DNA of 62,630 nt from Roseobacter sp. (GCA_018500125.2 JAHBAM020000048.1:1-62630); one strand, 5' to 3'; positions 9,929 to 20,574 are shown, numbered from the stretch's first letter. The notes: a model not told the origin generated them from the letters alone. Program-made: numbers and translations.

Positions 9929-11283
9929 AAGACAGCAATTTCCTCAAAGAAAAAAACGCCCGCTCGCTCTGGCACCCTATGGCCCACCCCGCCGACAGCC
10001 TCGCCAATCCGCCCACAATCGTGACAGGAGCCGCAGGCGTCAGCATCACGGATGTCGACGGTCACACGGTTGTCGACGGTGTCGGCGGGCTGTGGAACGT
10101 CAACCTCGGCTTTTCCTGCCAGCCGATCAAAGACGCGATTGCCGCCCAGCTTGAGCAACTGCCCTATTACTCGACCTTCCGCGGCACAACCAATGACGCG
10201 GTGATCGAGCTGTCCGAGGAGCTGCGCGACTTCTTTGAGCCTGACGGGCTGACGCGGGCCTTTTATACCTCGGGCGGCTCTGACTCCGTCGAAACCGCCC
10301 TGCGCCTTGCGCGCCAGTATCACAAAGTCAAAGGCGAGCCGGCCCGCACCAAATATCTCAGCCTCAAGAAAGGCTATCACGGAACCCACTTCGGCGGCGC
10401 CTCCGTGAACGGCAACGCAAATTTCCGCACTGCTTACGAGCCTCTGCTCGCCGGCTGCTTTCACATCCCCGCGCCCTATCCATACCGCAACCCGTTTCAC
10501 GAAACCGACCCTGAGAGGCTCGCGCAGCTCTGTCTGCAAGCGCTGGAAGACGAAATCGCCTTTCAGGGCGCCGGCACAATCGCCGCCTTTATCATGGAGC
10601 CGGTGCTCGGCGCGGGCGGGGTCATCCCGCCGCACGAAAGCTTCATGCCGGGCGTGCGCGAGATCTGCACACGCAACGGCATCCTGCTCATCGCCGATGA
10701 GGTGATCACCGCCTTTGGCCGCACAGGCTCTTGGTCGGGGTCGCGCCACTGGGGCGTTAAGCCTGATTTCATGTGCACCGCCAAAGCGATCACCAACGGC
10801 TATTTCCCCTTCGGCGCGGTGATGATTGCCGATGAGGTCGTGCAAGTCTTTGAGGGCGACACCACAGGCAAGGCTGCCATCGGCCACGGTTATACCTATT
10901 CGGGCCACCCTGTCGGCGCGGCGGCGGCACTCGCCTGTCTCGCCGAAACACAGCGCCTCAAGGTCAATGAAAACGCCGCCGCCCGCGGCGCAGAGCTTTT
11001 TGCCGGCCTGCAAGCGCTTCAGGCCAAACACGAGATGATCGGCGATGTGCGCGGCGGCCATGGCCTCATGTGCGCGCTGGAGCTTGTGTCAGACCGCGCC
11101 AGCAAAACACCCATCGGCAAAGGCCCAATCGGCACGCTGCAAGAGGTCACATACCAAAACGGCGCAATGGTGCGCGTCTCGGGGCCAAATGTGATCCTCT
11201 CGCCGCCCCTCATCCTCACATCAGCAGATGTGCAAACGATCCTGACAGCGCTTGATGCAGGCTTTGCGGCGGCGGCAGGCTAA
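9925..11283 (+). CDS. Class III PLP-dependent (omega-type) aminotransferase
   Basis: GGLWNVNLG, SGGSDSVE, GYHG, DEVITAFGRTG, PLP Lys in TAKAIT, HGYTYSGHP. Confidence 0.95.
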   Translation: MKDSNFLKEKNARSLWHPMAHPADSLANPPTIVTGAAGVSITDVDGHTVVDGVGGLWNVNLGFSCQPIKDAIAAQLEQLPYYSTFRGTTNDAVIELSEELRDFFEPDGLTRAFYTSGGSDSVETALRLARQYHKVKGEPARTKYLSLKKGYHGTHFGGASVNGNANFRTAYEPLLAGCFHIPAPYPYRNPFHETDPERLAQLCLQALEDEIAFQGAGTIAAFIMEPVLGAGGVIPPHESFMPGVREICTRNGILLIADEVITAFGRTGSWSGSRHWGVKPDFMCTAKAITNGYFPFGAVMIADEVVQVFEGDTTGKAAIGHGYTYSGHPVGAAAALACLAETQRLKVNENAAARGAELFAGLQALQAKHEMIGDVRGGHGLMCALELVSDRASKTPIGKGPIGTLQEVTYQNGAMVRVSGPNVILSPPLILTSADVQTILTALDAGFAAAAG

Positions 11284-12461
11284 AGCCTGTTCAGAAGCTG
11301 GCGCGTGGGCCAGGCGTCGGCGGGCAGGCCCAGTTTGTCTTGCACATCCTGCACAGCCGCCCGCGTGCCAGCGCCCAAAATGCCATCAATCTTGCCCACA
11401 TCATAGCCTTTGCGCGCCAGCTTCTCCTGCAAGGTTTTCAAGTCAGCCCCCGCAAGCCCCGGCTCGGGCGCGCCCGGATCAAACGCTGCTGCGCCGCCAA
11501 AACGGTTGGCAAAATACGCCGCCGTCAGCACATAGGTAAAGCTCTGGTTCCACTCAAAATAAACCCGAAAATTCGGATAGGCGAGAAAAGCAGGCCCCTT
11601 GCGCCCCTGCGGCAGAATGAGCGAGGCGGGCAGCCCCCCCGCCAACCTGCCATGGCGCGGCCTCACGCCCAGCTTGGCCCAGTCTGACGCCTTCATCTGG
11701 CTGCGCAGCCCGGACTGCGACCAATCCATCTCTTGAGGCACAACCACCTCCTGCAACCAAGGCTCGCCCGCCCGCCAGCCGAGGTGTTTGAGCATCTTGG
11801 CACCGCTCAAAAGCGCGTCGGCGGCCGATGTCTTGAGCAGAATATGCCCGTCCCCGTCGCCATCCACCCCGTTGTCGATGATATCCTGCGGCAGCATCTG
11901 CACCATGCCGATCTCCCCCGCCCAGGCGCCTGTGGTCTGGGTCGGGCTGAAGTCGCCCTGTTTGAAAAGCTCAAGCGCGGCAAAGACTTGCGGACGGAAA
12001 AGCTCCGGGCGGCGGCAGTCGTGGCTGAGCGTCATCAGCGCATTGAGCGTGTTGAAATTGCCCTGAAAGGCGCCATAATCAGTTTCAAACGCCCAAAACG
12101 CCAGCAAAACCCCACGGCTCACGCCATACTCCCGCTCCACGCGGTCAAAAACGCTGTCATAGCGTTTTGCCATGCTGAGGCCCTTGGTCAGCCGGTCATT
12201 TGAAATAAGCCTGCGGGCAAAGCTCGTAAAATCAAGCTGGAAGACGCCCTGCGCGCGGTCTGCCTTGATCACTTTGCCATCACGGCGCACATCGGCAAAA
12301 AAGCTCTCAACCAACCCCGCCTCAAAGCCCTTGGCGCGGGCCTCTTGTTTTGCCTCGCTCACAAAGTCCGAAAAAGGCCCACCACATTTCGCCGCCAAAG
12401 CCTGCGGCCCCCATAGGCTGGCCAAACCCAGCGCCAACATCCCGAAACAGTTACGCATCAT
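11280..12461 (-). CDS. MltB-family lytic murein transglycosylase with C-terminal PG-binding domain
   Basis: Signal peptide, WAFETDYG catalytic Glu, GAWAGEIGMVQMLP, DGDGDG, GKIDGILG. Confidence 0.9.
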   Translation of the reverse strand: MMRNCFGMLALGLASLWGPQALAAKCGGPFSDFVSEAKQEARAKGFEAGLVESFFADVRRDGKVIKADRAQGVFQLDFTSFARRLISNDRLTKGLSMAKRYDSVFDRVEREYGVSRGVLLAFWAFETDYGAFQGNFNTLNALMTLSHDCRRPELFRPQVFAALELFKQGDFSPTQTTGAWAGEIGMVQMLPQDIIDNGVDGDGDGHILLKTSAADALLSGAKMLKHLGWRAGEPWLQEVVVPQEMDWSQSGLRSQMKASDWAKLGVRPRHGRLAGGLPASLILPQGRKGPAFLAYPNFRVYFEWNQSFTYVLTAAYFANRFGGAAAFDPGAPEPGLAGADLKTLQEKLARKGYDVGKIDGILGAGTRAAVQDVQDKLGLPADAWPTRQLLNRL

Positions 12462-12496
12462 ACCCTCTAACCCAAACCAAAGACCCTCGCGGCGGC

Positions 12497-13102
12497 CTAG
12501 CCCGCCTGTTTCAAATCCTCGATCAGCGCATCAATATCGCCACGGCGCTTGTCGAGCATCGAGCCAATCTCGGTGCGCTCGGTCAAGAGCATATTGATGC
12601 CTTCGATATAGAGATTGAAAAACCTGTTGTCGCCCGAGCGGTCCGACACCAGAAAGGTCACTTCAAAAGGGGACTGGCCCTTCAAATAGGCCACAGAGCT
12701 GACTTCATACCACTTTTTGACCTGCTTGACCTCTGTGACCTCAAGACGCCCACCAATAAATTCGCGGAAGCGGCGGCCATATTTGCGCGCCACATAGGTT
12801 TCAAACGCAGCCGAATACGCCCTCTTTTGCGCTGTCGTGGCGCTGCGCCCGTCATTGCCCAAAGTATAGGCCGCAATATAGGATGTGTCCGAATAGCGGG
12901 CAAAGATGCGCTCAAAATCCTGATACATCGCCGCTTCAGAGCGCCCCGAGCCAATCACCGCGTTGATTTCGCCCACCAACCTGTCGACCAGACTGCGCGC
13001 CTCCTCTCTGGAAAAGGCCACAGCCGGCAGTGGAGCCAGGGCAAATCCGGCCAGAGCGGCGGCTATCCTTTTTGTCGCGTCACGCCGTGTTAAAAAACGC
13101 AT
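12497..13102 (-). CDS. mlaC: MlaC/Ttg2D family phospholipid-binding periplasmic protein
   Basis: Tat-like LTRR leader; NLYIEGINML C-terminal motif; directly downstream of mlaA; start uncertain (13102 or 13108). Confidence 0.8.
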   Translation of the reverse strand: MRFLTRRDATKRIAAALAGFALAPLPAVAFSREEARSLVDRLVGEINAVIGSGRSEAAMYQDFERIFARYSDTSYIAAYTLGNDGRSATTAQKRAYSAAFETYVARKYGRRFREFIGGRLEVTEVKQVKKWYEVSSVAYLKGQSPFEVTFLVSDRSGDNRFFNLYIEGINMLLTERTEIGSMLDKRRGDIDALIEDLKQAG

Positions 13103-13104
13103 CC

Positions 13105-13875
13105 TCAAAAACCTTCTGTATTCAGATCAAAGGGGTCAAGCTCCGCCTCGGGCGCGGCTTGACCCAGCTCAAAACGGCGGTTCTGCAAATAGAGCGTTCG
13201 CGCCTGCGCATAGCTGTCGGCACTCTCGTAAAGCACCGAATCGATCATATCGCCAAATGTGCCACGGTCTCCCAGACGCGCCGCCACAGAGGCCCCCGTG
13301 CCATAATACTTCTCGGGGCTTTGCACCATATAGGTCAGCGGGTTGGTGAACAGGTCCACAACCCGTCCAACCGCGTCCCGCTCTGTCGCTGGGCCGATCA
13401 GCGGCAGCTCGACATAAGCGCCCTCGCCAATGCCCCAGACAGAGAGTGTTTCGCCAAAGTCGGCCTTGGCACCATAGAGCTTGAATTCGGACGAGGGGTC
13501 AAACACCCCGCCAATGCCGAGTGTGGTGTTGAGCGCGAAGCGCAGGGTGTTTTGCCCCGCTTCGCCAATCCGGCCCTGCAAAACAGTGTTCACAATCGTG
13601 CCCGGAAGCGACAGGTTTGACGAGAAATTGCTCACCCCCTGCTGCACTGGCTTGGGCACAATGCTCACATAGCCCTTGCCCGCGGGCCGCACGAGCGAGC
13701 GGTCAACCGCCAGATTGAACTGGTGGGTTTTGCGGTTGGTCTGCTCATAAGGATCAAACACAACAGCCGGGTCTAGCCCCGCGTCACGCTTGGTGCAGGC
13801 CGCCGCCAGCCCCAGACTCACAACCATTGCAACAGGTTTCAATAATCCCTTATGCAAAGCAAACTCCCCGTTCAA
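13105..13875 (-). CDS. mlaA: VacJ/MlaA family lipoprotein
   Basis: Lipobox LAAAC, DPYEQTNR, RFALNTTLGIGG, DFGETL..WG, GPATERD. Confidence 0.92.
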   Translation of the reverse strand: MNGEFALHKGLLKPVAMVVSLGLAAACTKRDAGLDPAVVFDPYEQTNRKTHQFNLAVDRSLVRPAGKGYVSIVPKPVQQGVSNFSSNLSLPGTIVNTVLQGRIGEAGQNTLRFALNTTLGIGGVFDPSSEFKLYGAKADFGETLSVWGIGEGAYVELPLIGPATERDAVGRVVDLFTNPLTYMVQSPEKYYGTGASVAARLGDRGTFGDMIDSVLYESADSYAQARTLYLQNRRFELGQAAPEAELDPFDLNTEGF

Positions 13876-14032
13876 ACCAGTCTTGTTTATCTATGCCATC
13901 CCGAGCGCAAGCCCAAGCGCTCTGCCGCGTTATTGCGAATATGTGGCCGTTTGGAAACAGAACACCGCCTCAAATGCATATTATACGGCGCGATTTGAGA
14001 GTTTCCTAACGGTTTGCGCCTATGAAACGCCT

Positions 14033-15775
14033 ATGAGTCTCGCCCGGATCCCCTTTGGCCTTGAAGAATTGCGCGCCGCGCGGCGTGAGTCGCGTGCCCT
14101 GTTTTGGGCGGCGGGGCTGTTCAGCGGCTTTGTCAATCTGCTCATGCTCACAGGCCCGCTCTATATGCTTCAGGTCTATGACCGTGTTCTCGGCTCCCGC
14201 TCCCAAGCAACGCTGCTGGCGCTCACAGCCCTTGTGGTGTTCCTTTACACAATGATGGCCCTGCTTGATTATGCCCGCGGGCGTGTCATGGCGCGGGTCG
14301 GCGCGCGCTTTCAGGCCCGCCTTGATGGGCGCGTCTTTGATGCGGTGATCCGCAGAAACGCCCGGAGTGGCCAGCCCGAAAGCGCCCTGGCCCTGCGCGA
14401 TCTTGAGGCGGTTCAACGCCTGCTCACCTCCCCCGCGCTCATGGCGCTGTTTGACATCCCCTTTGTCCCGCTGTTCCTCTTCGGGATATTTCTGTTTCAT
14501 GCCTGGCTCGGCTATCTGGCGCTGCTTGGCGGAGGGGTCCTTCTGGGGCTGACCCTGCTCAATCTTGTGATCACCCATGCCCCCCTCACACAGGCAAACC
14601 GCGCCACCGCCCGCGCCGAGGCCCTCGCAGAACAGCTCCGCAGCGAAGCCGAGATCATCGAGGCCATGGGGATGGGCAATGCCGCCTTCACCCGCTGGCA
14701 AGTCGCCCGCAAAGCGGCGCTCACAGAGCATATGCGCGCCGCTGATCTGGGCAGCCTGTTCAGCGCTGCGGGCAAAGCCTTCCGCCTTTTGCTGCAGTCC
14801 GCCATGCTGGGCCTTGGCGCCTATCTCGTGCTGCAAAACCAGCTCACCTCAGGCGCTATGATCGCCAGCTCCATTCTCATGGGCCGCGCCCTTGCCCCGA
14901 TCGAAACAAGTATCGGTCAGTGGCCCCTGTTTGCGCGCGCCCGCAAGGGCTGGCTGGCTCTGGGGGATGTGCTCCAGAGCAGCCCGCCCGCAGCGGCGCG
15001 CATGGCCCTGCCCCGCCCCAAGGCCCGTCTGGACGTGGTCCAAGCCACGATTGTTCCGCCCGGCGCGTCCCAAGCCGCGCTCAAAATGATCACATTCAAA
15101 GTCGAGCCGGGTCAGGCCGTCGGGGTGATCGGCCCATCAGGCGCAGGCAAATCCTCTCTGGCCCGCGCGCTCACGGGCGCTTGGCGTCCCGCCGGGGGCA
15201 AGATCCGGCTTGATGGCGCAACCCTTGATCAATACGACCCAGCCGTCCTGGGCGATCTGATCGGCTATCTGCCCCAGCGCGTCACCCTGTTTGACGGGAC
15301 AATTGCCGAAAATATCGCCCGCCTCTCGCCCAGCCCCGACGCGGCCGCCGTCGTCAAGGCCGCCCAGCGCGCAGACGCCCACGCCATGATCCTCGCCTTG
15401 CCCGAGGGCTATGATACCGTGGTCTGCGCCAGCGGCGGGCGGCTCTCGGGCGGTCAGATCCAGCGGATCGGGCTGGCCCGCGCCATGTATGGCGATCCCG
15501 TTCTTCTGGTGCTCGATGAGCCGAATTCCAACCTCGACCATGACGGCAGCCAAGCGCTCAACCGCGCCATCGCGGGGGTCCGCGCGGCCGGGAAATCAGT
15601 CTTGATCATGGCCCACCGGCCCGCCGCCATCGAACAATGCGACAGCCTTCTGATGCTCAACGAGGGCCGCGTTCTGGGCTTTGGCCCCAAAGACGAGATC
15701 TTGCGCCGCATGGTCCAGAACCACGCCGACATCACATGGCCCACCGGCCCATGGGCCAGCGGAGGCGCAGCATGA
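14033..15775 (+). CDS. Type I secretion system permease/ATPase (PrtD/AprD-like)
   Basis: PLYMLQVYDRVL, Walker A GPSGAGKS, LSGGQ, LDEPNSNLD; start moved to ATG 14033. Confidence 0.93.
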   Translation: MSLARIPFGLEELRAARRESRALFWAAGLFSGFVNLLMLTGPLYMLQVYDRVLGSRSQATLLALTALVVFLYTMMALLDYARGRVMARVGARFQARLDGRVFDAVIRRNARSGQPESALALRDLEAVQRLLTSPALMALFDIPFVPLFLFGIFLFHAWLGYLALLGGGVLLGLTLLNLVITHAPLTQANRATARAEALAEQLRSEAEIIEAMGMGNAAFTRWQVARKAALTEHMRAADLGSLFSAAGKAFRLLLQSAMLGLGAYLVLQNQLTSGAMIASSILMGRALAPIETSIGQWPLFARARKGWLALGDVLQSSPPAAARMALPRPKARLDVVQATIVPPGASQAALKMITFKVEPGQAVGVIGPSGAGKSSLARALTGAWRPAGGKIRLDGATLDQYDPAVLGDLIGYLPQRVTLFDGTIAENIARLSPSPDAAAVVKAAQRADAHAMILALPEGYDTVVCASGGRLSGGQIQRIGLARAMYGDPVLLVLDEPNSNLDHDGSQALNRAIAGVRAAGKSVLIMAHRPAAIEQCDSLLMLNEGRVLGFGPKDEILRRMVQNHADITWPTGPWASGGAA

Positions 15776-17139
15776 GCATGAGCCAGACCCAAGCGCCCGC
15801 CCGCCCAGACTGCACCGCCCGTGCGGACCCGCGCGGCGAGGCGCGCCGCGCCTGGCCGGCCACGCGGCCCCTGCTTGTCGGCTTCTTCGCTCTCTTTGTG
15901 CTGGTCACAGGCTTTGGCGGCTGGGCAGTCTTCAGCTCTCTCGCGGGCGCGATCGTTGCGCAGGGCCGCGTCGAAGTCGAGCAGAACCGCCAGATTGTTC
16001 AACATCTTGACGGCGGTGTGGTGGCCGACATTCTTGTCAAAGAAGGCGACAGCGTCACAGCCGGACAAACCCTGATCACGCTTGACAGCGCCTCGCTCGG
16101 CTCGCAGATCAGCATCCTACAAAGCCAGCTGTTTGAGCTGATGGCCCGTCGGGCGCGCCTTGAGGCCGAACGTGACACAGCGCCCGCCCTGCGCTTTGAT
16201 CCGGAGCTTGCAGAGCGCGCCAGAACAACGCCCGACATCGCCGATCTGATCGAGGGCCAATCCCGCCTGTTTCACGCCCGCGCCGAAAGCCTCGCCCGCG
16301 CGCGTGACCAGCTCGCCAAACGCCGCGAGCAAATCCGCGACCAGATTCGCGGCATTCAGGCCCAGACAGATGCTCTGGGCCAGCAGATTGCGCTGATCCG
16401 TGAAGAGCTTGACGCTCAAAACAGCCTGCTGGCGCGGGGCCTTGCTCAGGCCTCGCGCGTGCTCTCTCTGCGCCGGGAGAACGCCCGCCTGCTCGGGCAG
16501 ATCGGCGAGCTGCACGCCAGCAAAGCCCAAGCCGAAGGCCGCATAACCGAGCTTGATATCGAAAGCCTGAAACTCACAAGCACCCTGCGCGAAGAGGCGA
16601 TCAGCGCCTTGCGCGATCTGCGCGTGCACGAGCTGGAGCTGCGCGAGCGGCGACAGCACCTCTCCGAGCAACGCACCCGCCTCGCCATTCAGGCCCCCGC
16701 CTCGGGTCTGGTCTATGGCCTCACGGTCACCACCCCCCGCGCCGTGATCCGCGCCGCCGAGCCGATCCTCTATATCGTCCCGCAAGACCGCCCGCTTGTG
16801 ATCGCGGCGCATATCCCCGTTATTCACATCGACAAGGTCTATGCCGGCCAAAGCGTCCACCTGCGTTTTCCCGCCCTCGATCAACGGCGCACCCCCGAGT
16901 TGTCTGGCCGCGTCGTCACGCTCTCCGCCGACAGCTTCGTGGATGAGGCGCGCGGCACAGCCTATTACCGCGCCGAAATCGCGCTTCATCCGGGCGAGCT
17001 TGCCAAGCTCCCCGAGGGCGCCACGCTCGTGCCGGGTATGCCCGCCGAGGCCTTTCTCCTCACATCCGAGCAAAGCCCGATCGACTACCTCGTCAAACCG
17101 GTCTGGGATTATTTCGAGCAGGCCTTCCGCGAGCAATAA
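15772..17139 (+). CDS. HlyD family type I secretion membrane fusion protein
   Basis: N-terminal TM, VQHLDGGVV, coiled coil, IQAPASG, LVPGMPAE. Confidence 0.93.
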   Translation: MSMSQTQAPARPDCTARADPRGEARRAWPATRPLLVGFFALFVLVTGFGGWAVFSSLAGAIVAQGRVEVEQNRQIVQHLDGGVVADILVKEGDSVTAGQTLITLDSASLGSQISILQSQLFELMARRARLEAERDTAPALRFDPELAERARTTPDIADLIEGQSRLFHARAESLARARDQLAKRREQIRDQIRGIQAQTDALGQQIALIREELDAQNSLLARGLAQASRVLSLRRENARLLGQIGELHASKAQAEGRITELDIESLKLTSTLREEAISALRDLRVHELELRERRQHLSEQRTRLAIQAPASGLVYGLTVTTPRAVIRAAEPILYIVPQDRPLVIAAHIPVIHIDKVYAGQSVHLRFPALDQRRTPELSGRVVTLSADSFVDEARGTAYYRAEIALHPGELAKLPEGATLVPGMPAEAFLLTSEQSPIDYLVKPVWDYFEQAFREQ

Positions 17140-17214
17140 GGTCGCTTTTGCCGTATCGGCGCGGCGCATTTCCCGCTAGCCTCGCCCCGACTCGCCAATT
17201 TCAGGAGACCCGCG

Positions 17215-17679
17215 ATGAGCAGCAAACTAGAACCCCGCCTCAATGAGATGGGCATCACCCTGCCCGCAGCCCCCGCCCCTGCGGCCAACTACGTGCCCTT
17301 CGTTGTGACAGGCAATACCGTCTATGTCTCCGGCCAGATTTCAAACGGCGAAACCGGCCTCATCCTCGGCAAACTCGGCGACACCATGACAACAGAAGAC
17401 GGGGTGGCCGCCGCGCGCAGCTGCGCGCTCAGCCTTCTGGCGCAGCTCAAAGCCGCCTGCGACGGCGATCTTGACCGCCTCGTGCGGGTGGTCAAACTCG
17501 TGGGTTTTGTAAACTCCACAGCCGATTACACAGACCAGCCCAAAGTGATCAATGGCGCCTCTGATTTCATGGTCGAGGCCCTTGGCGAGATTGGCCGCCA
17601 TGCACGCTCCGCCGTGTCTGCCGCCTCTCTTCCGCTCGGCGTCGCAGTGGAAATCGAAGGCATCTTCGAGATCCGATAA
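17215..17679 (+). CDS. RidA/YjgF family protein
   Basis: PAANYVP, VSGQI, INGASD, GRHARSAV, LPLGVAVEIE. Confidence 0.92.
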   Translation: MSSKLEPRLNEMGITLPAAPAPAANYVPFVVTGNTVYVSGQISNGETGLILGKLGDTMTTEDGVAAARSCALSLLAQLKAACDGDLDRLVRVVKLVGFVNSTADYTDQPKVINGASDFMVEALGEIGRHARSAVSAASLPLGVAVEIEGIFEIR

Positions 17680-18443
17680 TGCAACAGCCCGCTTTGCCAC
17701 AAAGCTTCCTGCAGGCTCCGATCGCCCATCGGGGCCTGCACAATCTGCCCCAAGGCATACCGGAAAACAGCCTCGCCGCCTTTGACGCCGCCATCGCGCG
17801 CGGCTACGGAATCGAACTTGACCTGCAGCTCTCCCGTGACGGCGTCGCAATGGTGTTTCACGACTACGGCCTCGAGCGCCTGACCGGCGAAAAAGGCCCC
17901 ATCGCCCAGCACAGCGCCGCCGCACTTGGCAAAATCACCCTCACAGGCGGCACCGAAGGCATTCCGACCCTCGCCGAGACGCTGGCCTATGTCGCAGGCC
18001 GCGCCCCGCTTCTGATCGAGCTCAAAGACCAAGACGGTGCCCTCGGCCCCAACATCGGCCCGCTCGAAGAGGCCACCGTCAAAGCCCTGACAGGCTACGC
18101 GGGCGATGTCGCTCTGATGTCGTTCAATCCCCATTCGGTCGCCGCTCTTGCGCGGCTCGCCCCCGATCATGCGCGCGGCCTCACAACCTGTGACTATCGC
18201 CCCGAAGACTGGCCGACCATTCCCAAGACCCGCCTCGCCGAGCTGCGCCCGATCCCTGATTTTATCCGCACAGGCGCAAGCTTTATCAGCCATCAGGCCA
18301 GCGATCTGACGCGCGCCCCCGTGACCGCGCTCAAGGCGCAAGGCGTTCCCATCCTGTGCTGGACCATCCGCTCGCGCGCGCAAGAAGACGCCGCGCGCCA
18401 AATCGCCGATAACGTCACGTTCGAAGGCTACGCGCCCGCTTGA
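17679..18443 (+). CDS. Glycerophosphodiester phosphodiesterase family protein
   Basis: IAHRGLH, PENS, IELDLQLSRDG, VFHD. Confidence 0.92.
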   Translation: MQQPALPQSFLQAPIAHRGLHNLPQGIPENSLAAFDAAIARGYGIELDLQLSRDGVAMVFHDYGLERLTGEKGPIAQHSAAALGKITLTGGTEGIPTLAETLAYVAGRAPLLIELKDQDGALGPNIGPLEEATVKALTGYAGDVALMSFNPHSVAALARLAPDHARGLTTCDYRPEDWPTIPKTRLAELRPIPDFIRTGASFISHQASDLTRAPVTALKAQGVPILCWTIRSRAQEDAARQIADNVTFEGYAPA

Positions 18444-18477
18444 AAGCCGGGCGGGCTGCACCAATATTGAGGCCAGG

Positions 18478-19659
18478 ATGGACAGCGACGCGCAGATCGA
18501 AATCAGGCTCAATCCCGGCTTGCGCGATGTCCCGCAAGCCGATTGGGATGCCTGCGCCCATGCCCTCGGCCCGCGTCCGCGTGATCCCTTCACAACCCAC
18601 CGCTTCCTGCTCGCGCTTGAAGACAGCGGCTCTGTCGGGCCGGGCACCGGCTGGCAGCCGCTCTATCTGACGGCGCATCAAAACGGCCAGATGATCGGCG
18701 CCGCGCCGCTCTATGGCAAAAGCCATTCGCAAGGCGAATATATATTTGATTTCAACTGGGCCGAGGCCTTTGCCCGCGCCGGCGGGCAGTATTCCCCCAA
18801 ATTCCAGATCGCCGTGCCCTTCACGCCCGCCACAGGCCCGCGCTTTCTTCTCCGCGCGGGGGCCGAGGCCCGCGCCCTGCCCGCCCTTGTGCAAGGCGCA
18901 CTCCAAGTCACCGCCGAACACGGCGTCAGCTCGCTGCACGTGACGTTTTGCACCGAAGAGGAGGCGCGCGCAGGCGAGGCCATGGGCCTTCTGCGCCGCA
19001 CCACCCAGCAGTTTCACTGGGAAAACCGCGGCTTTCAGAGCTTTGACGGCTTCCTTGCCTCCCTCACCGCGCGCAAACGCAAAAACATCCGCCGCGAGCG
19101 CGCCGAGGCGCAGGCCTTTGGCGGCACCATCCGCCGCCTCACAGGCGATCAGATCAAGCCCGAACATTGGGATGCCTTCTGGCAGTTCTACCAGGACACA
19201 GGCGCGCGCAAATGGGGCACGCCCTATCTGACCCGGGCCTTCTTTGACATCGCGCACGAGACCCTGCGCAACGATATGATCCTGATCTTGGCCGAGCGCG
19301 ACGGCACGCCCGTCGCAGGCGCGCTCAACTTTATCGGCGCACAGGCGCTTTTTGGCCGCTACTGGGGCTGCATCGAAAATCATCGCTGCCTGCATTTCGA
19401 GCTGTGCTACTATCAGGCGATCGAAGCCGCGATCGAGCTGGGGCTGCCACGTGTGGAGGCCGGCGCGCAAGGCGAACACAAGCTCGCGCGCGGCTATCTG
19501 CCCACCGCCTGCCATTCGCTGCACTGGCTCGCAGATGAAGGCTTTTCCCGCGCGGTCGCGCAATATCTCCTGTCCGAACGCCGCGCCATAGGCCAGGACA
19601 TCGAAATCCTGACAGGCTACGGCCCGTTCAAATCCGACATAAGGGAGGAACAAGATTGA
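18478..19659 (+). CDS. GNAT/FemAB-like protein (DUF482-type)
   Basis: [48 protein letters not shown]. Confidence 0.9.
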   Translation: MDSDAQIEIRLNPGLRDVPQADWDACAHALGPRPRDPFTTHRFLLALEDSGSVGPGTGWQPLYLTAHQNGQMIGAAPLYGKSHSQGEYIFDFNWAEAFARAGGQYSPKFQIAVPFTPATGPRFLLRAGAEARALPALVQGALQVTAEHGVSSLHVTFCTEEEARAGEAMGLLRRTTQQFHWENRGFQSFDGFLASLTARKRKNIRRERAEAQAFGGTIRRLTGDQIKPEHWDAFWQFYQDTGARKWGTPYLTRAFFDIAHETLRNDMILILAERDGTPVAGALNFIGAQALFGRYWGCIENHRCLHFELCYYQAIEAAIELGLPRVEAGAQGEHKLARGYLPTACHSLHWLADEGFSRAVAQYLLSERRAIGQDIEILTGYGPFKSDIREEQD

Positions 19660-19946
19660 TCGAAGGTCTCAGCGACACCGCCCGCGAACAACTCCTCGCG
19701 CCGCTCATCGAAAACGGCTGGGCACAGGAAACATCCCGCGATGCCATTACAAAAACATATGAATTCAAAGACTTCACGGAAGCCTTCGGCTGGATGACCC
19801 GAGCCGCGCTCTGGGCCGAAAAATGGAACCATCATCCGGAATGGAGCAATGTCTACAACCGCGTCACTGTCACCCTGACAACCCATGACGCCGGCGGCCT
19901 CAGCTCGCTTGACGCCAAGCTCGCCCGCAAACTGGACAGCTTGTAA
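19656..19946 (+). CDS. phhB: Pterin-4a-carbinolamine dehydratase
   Basis: [21 protein letters not shown]. Confidence 0.93.
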   Translation: MIEGLSDTAREQLLAPLIENGWAQETSRDAITKTYEFKDFTEAFGWMTRAALWAEKWNHHPEWSNVYNRVTVTLTTHDAGGLSSLDAKLARKLDSL

Positions 19947-19963
19947 CCCCCCCGCCCAAGGCC

Positions 19964-20512
19964 TCAGCGCGCTGCGGTCTTCCACTCCACGGGCGTCAGA
20001 TAAACCATGCCCGCGTCCGCGCTGACCATCACTTCGCCATCCTGAATATTGACTTGCAGCTTCATCGCCCGGCTTGCCAGTGCGGCCAGCGCGCGGGTGC
20101 TGTCTTCGGAGAGATTGCTCACCTGCAAATTGTCAAACCGCGTGGTGCTGGTCTTGAGCTTGTCCCACCACATCTCGGCCGTCCTGCCACCATAGGCATA
20201 AACAACCACCCGATCCGCCTTGCCACAAGACTGCCGCACCAGCTTCTCGCTCGGCAGCCCCAATGTCACCCAGAGTTCAAGCTCGTTGCTCAGGCTCTTT
20301 TGCCAGATGTCAGGCTCGTCGTCCGTTGAGATCCCCTTGGTCATTTCAAGCTGCTCATGCGCGTTCAAAGCAAAAGCAAGCAAGCGCACCATCAAGCGCT
20401 CGTCGGTCTCTGACGGGTGCTTTGCAACGGTCAGCTTGTGGCTCTCGTAATAGTGACGGTCCATGTCCGACACCGACAGATCAACTTTATATATCGTCGC
20501 GTTTTGTGCCAT
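19964..20512 (-). CDS. yaeQ: YaeQ family protein
   Basis: ATIYK..SDMDRHYY, HPSETDERLMVRLLA, DEPDIW. Confidence 0.92.
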   Translation of the reverse strand: MAQNATIYKVDLSVSDMDRHYYESHKLTVAKHPSETDERLMVRLLAFALNAHEQLEMTKGISTDDEPDIWQKSLSNELELWVTLGLPSEKLVRQSCGKADRVVVYAYGGRTAEMWWDKLKTSTTRFDNLQVSNLSEDSTRALAALASRAMKLQVNIQDGEVMVSADAGMVYLTPVEWKTAAR

Positions 20513-20574
20513 GCTCGCCCCTCAGCCCTTTGAATACCGCTGCCTAAAGCGTCTCGGGGCCATATAAAAGCAAA

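Noticed and set aside
13790-14032. N-terminal extensions in the ORF track (T1SS ATPase, IclR, peroxiredoxin, dapE, mltB, livG)
   Set aside because: They overlap neighbouring genes or promoters; downstream ATGs match family-typical N-termini
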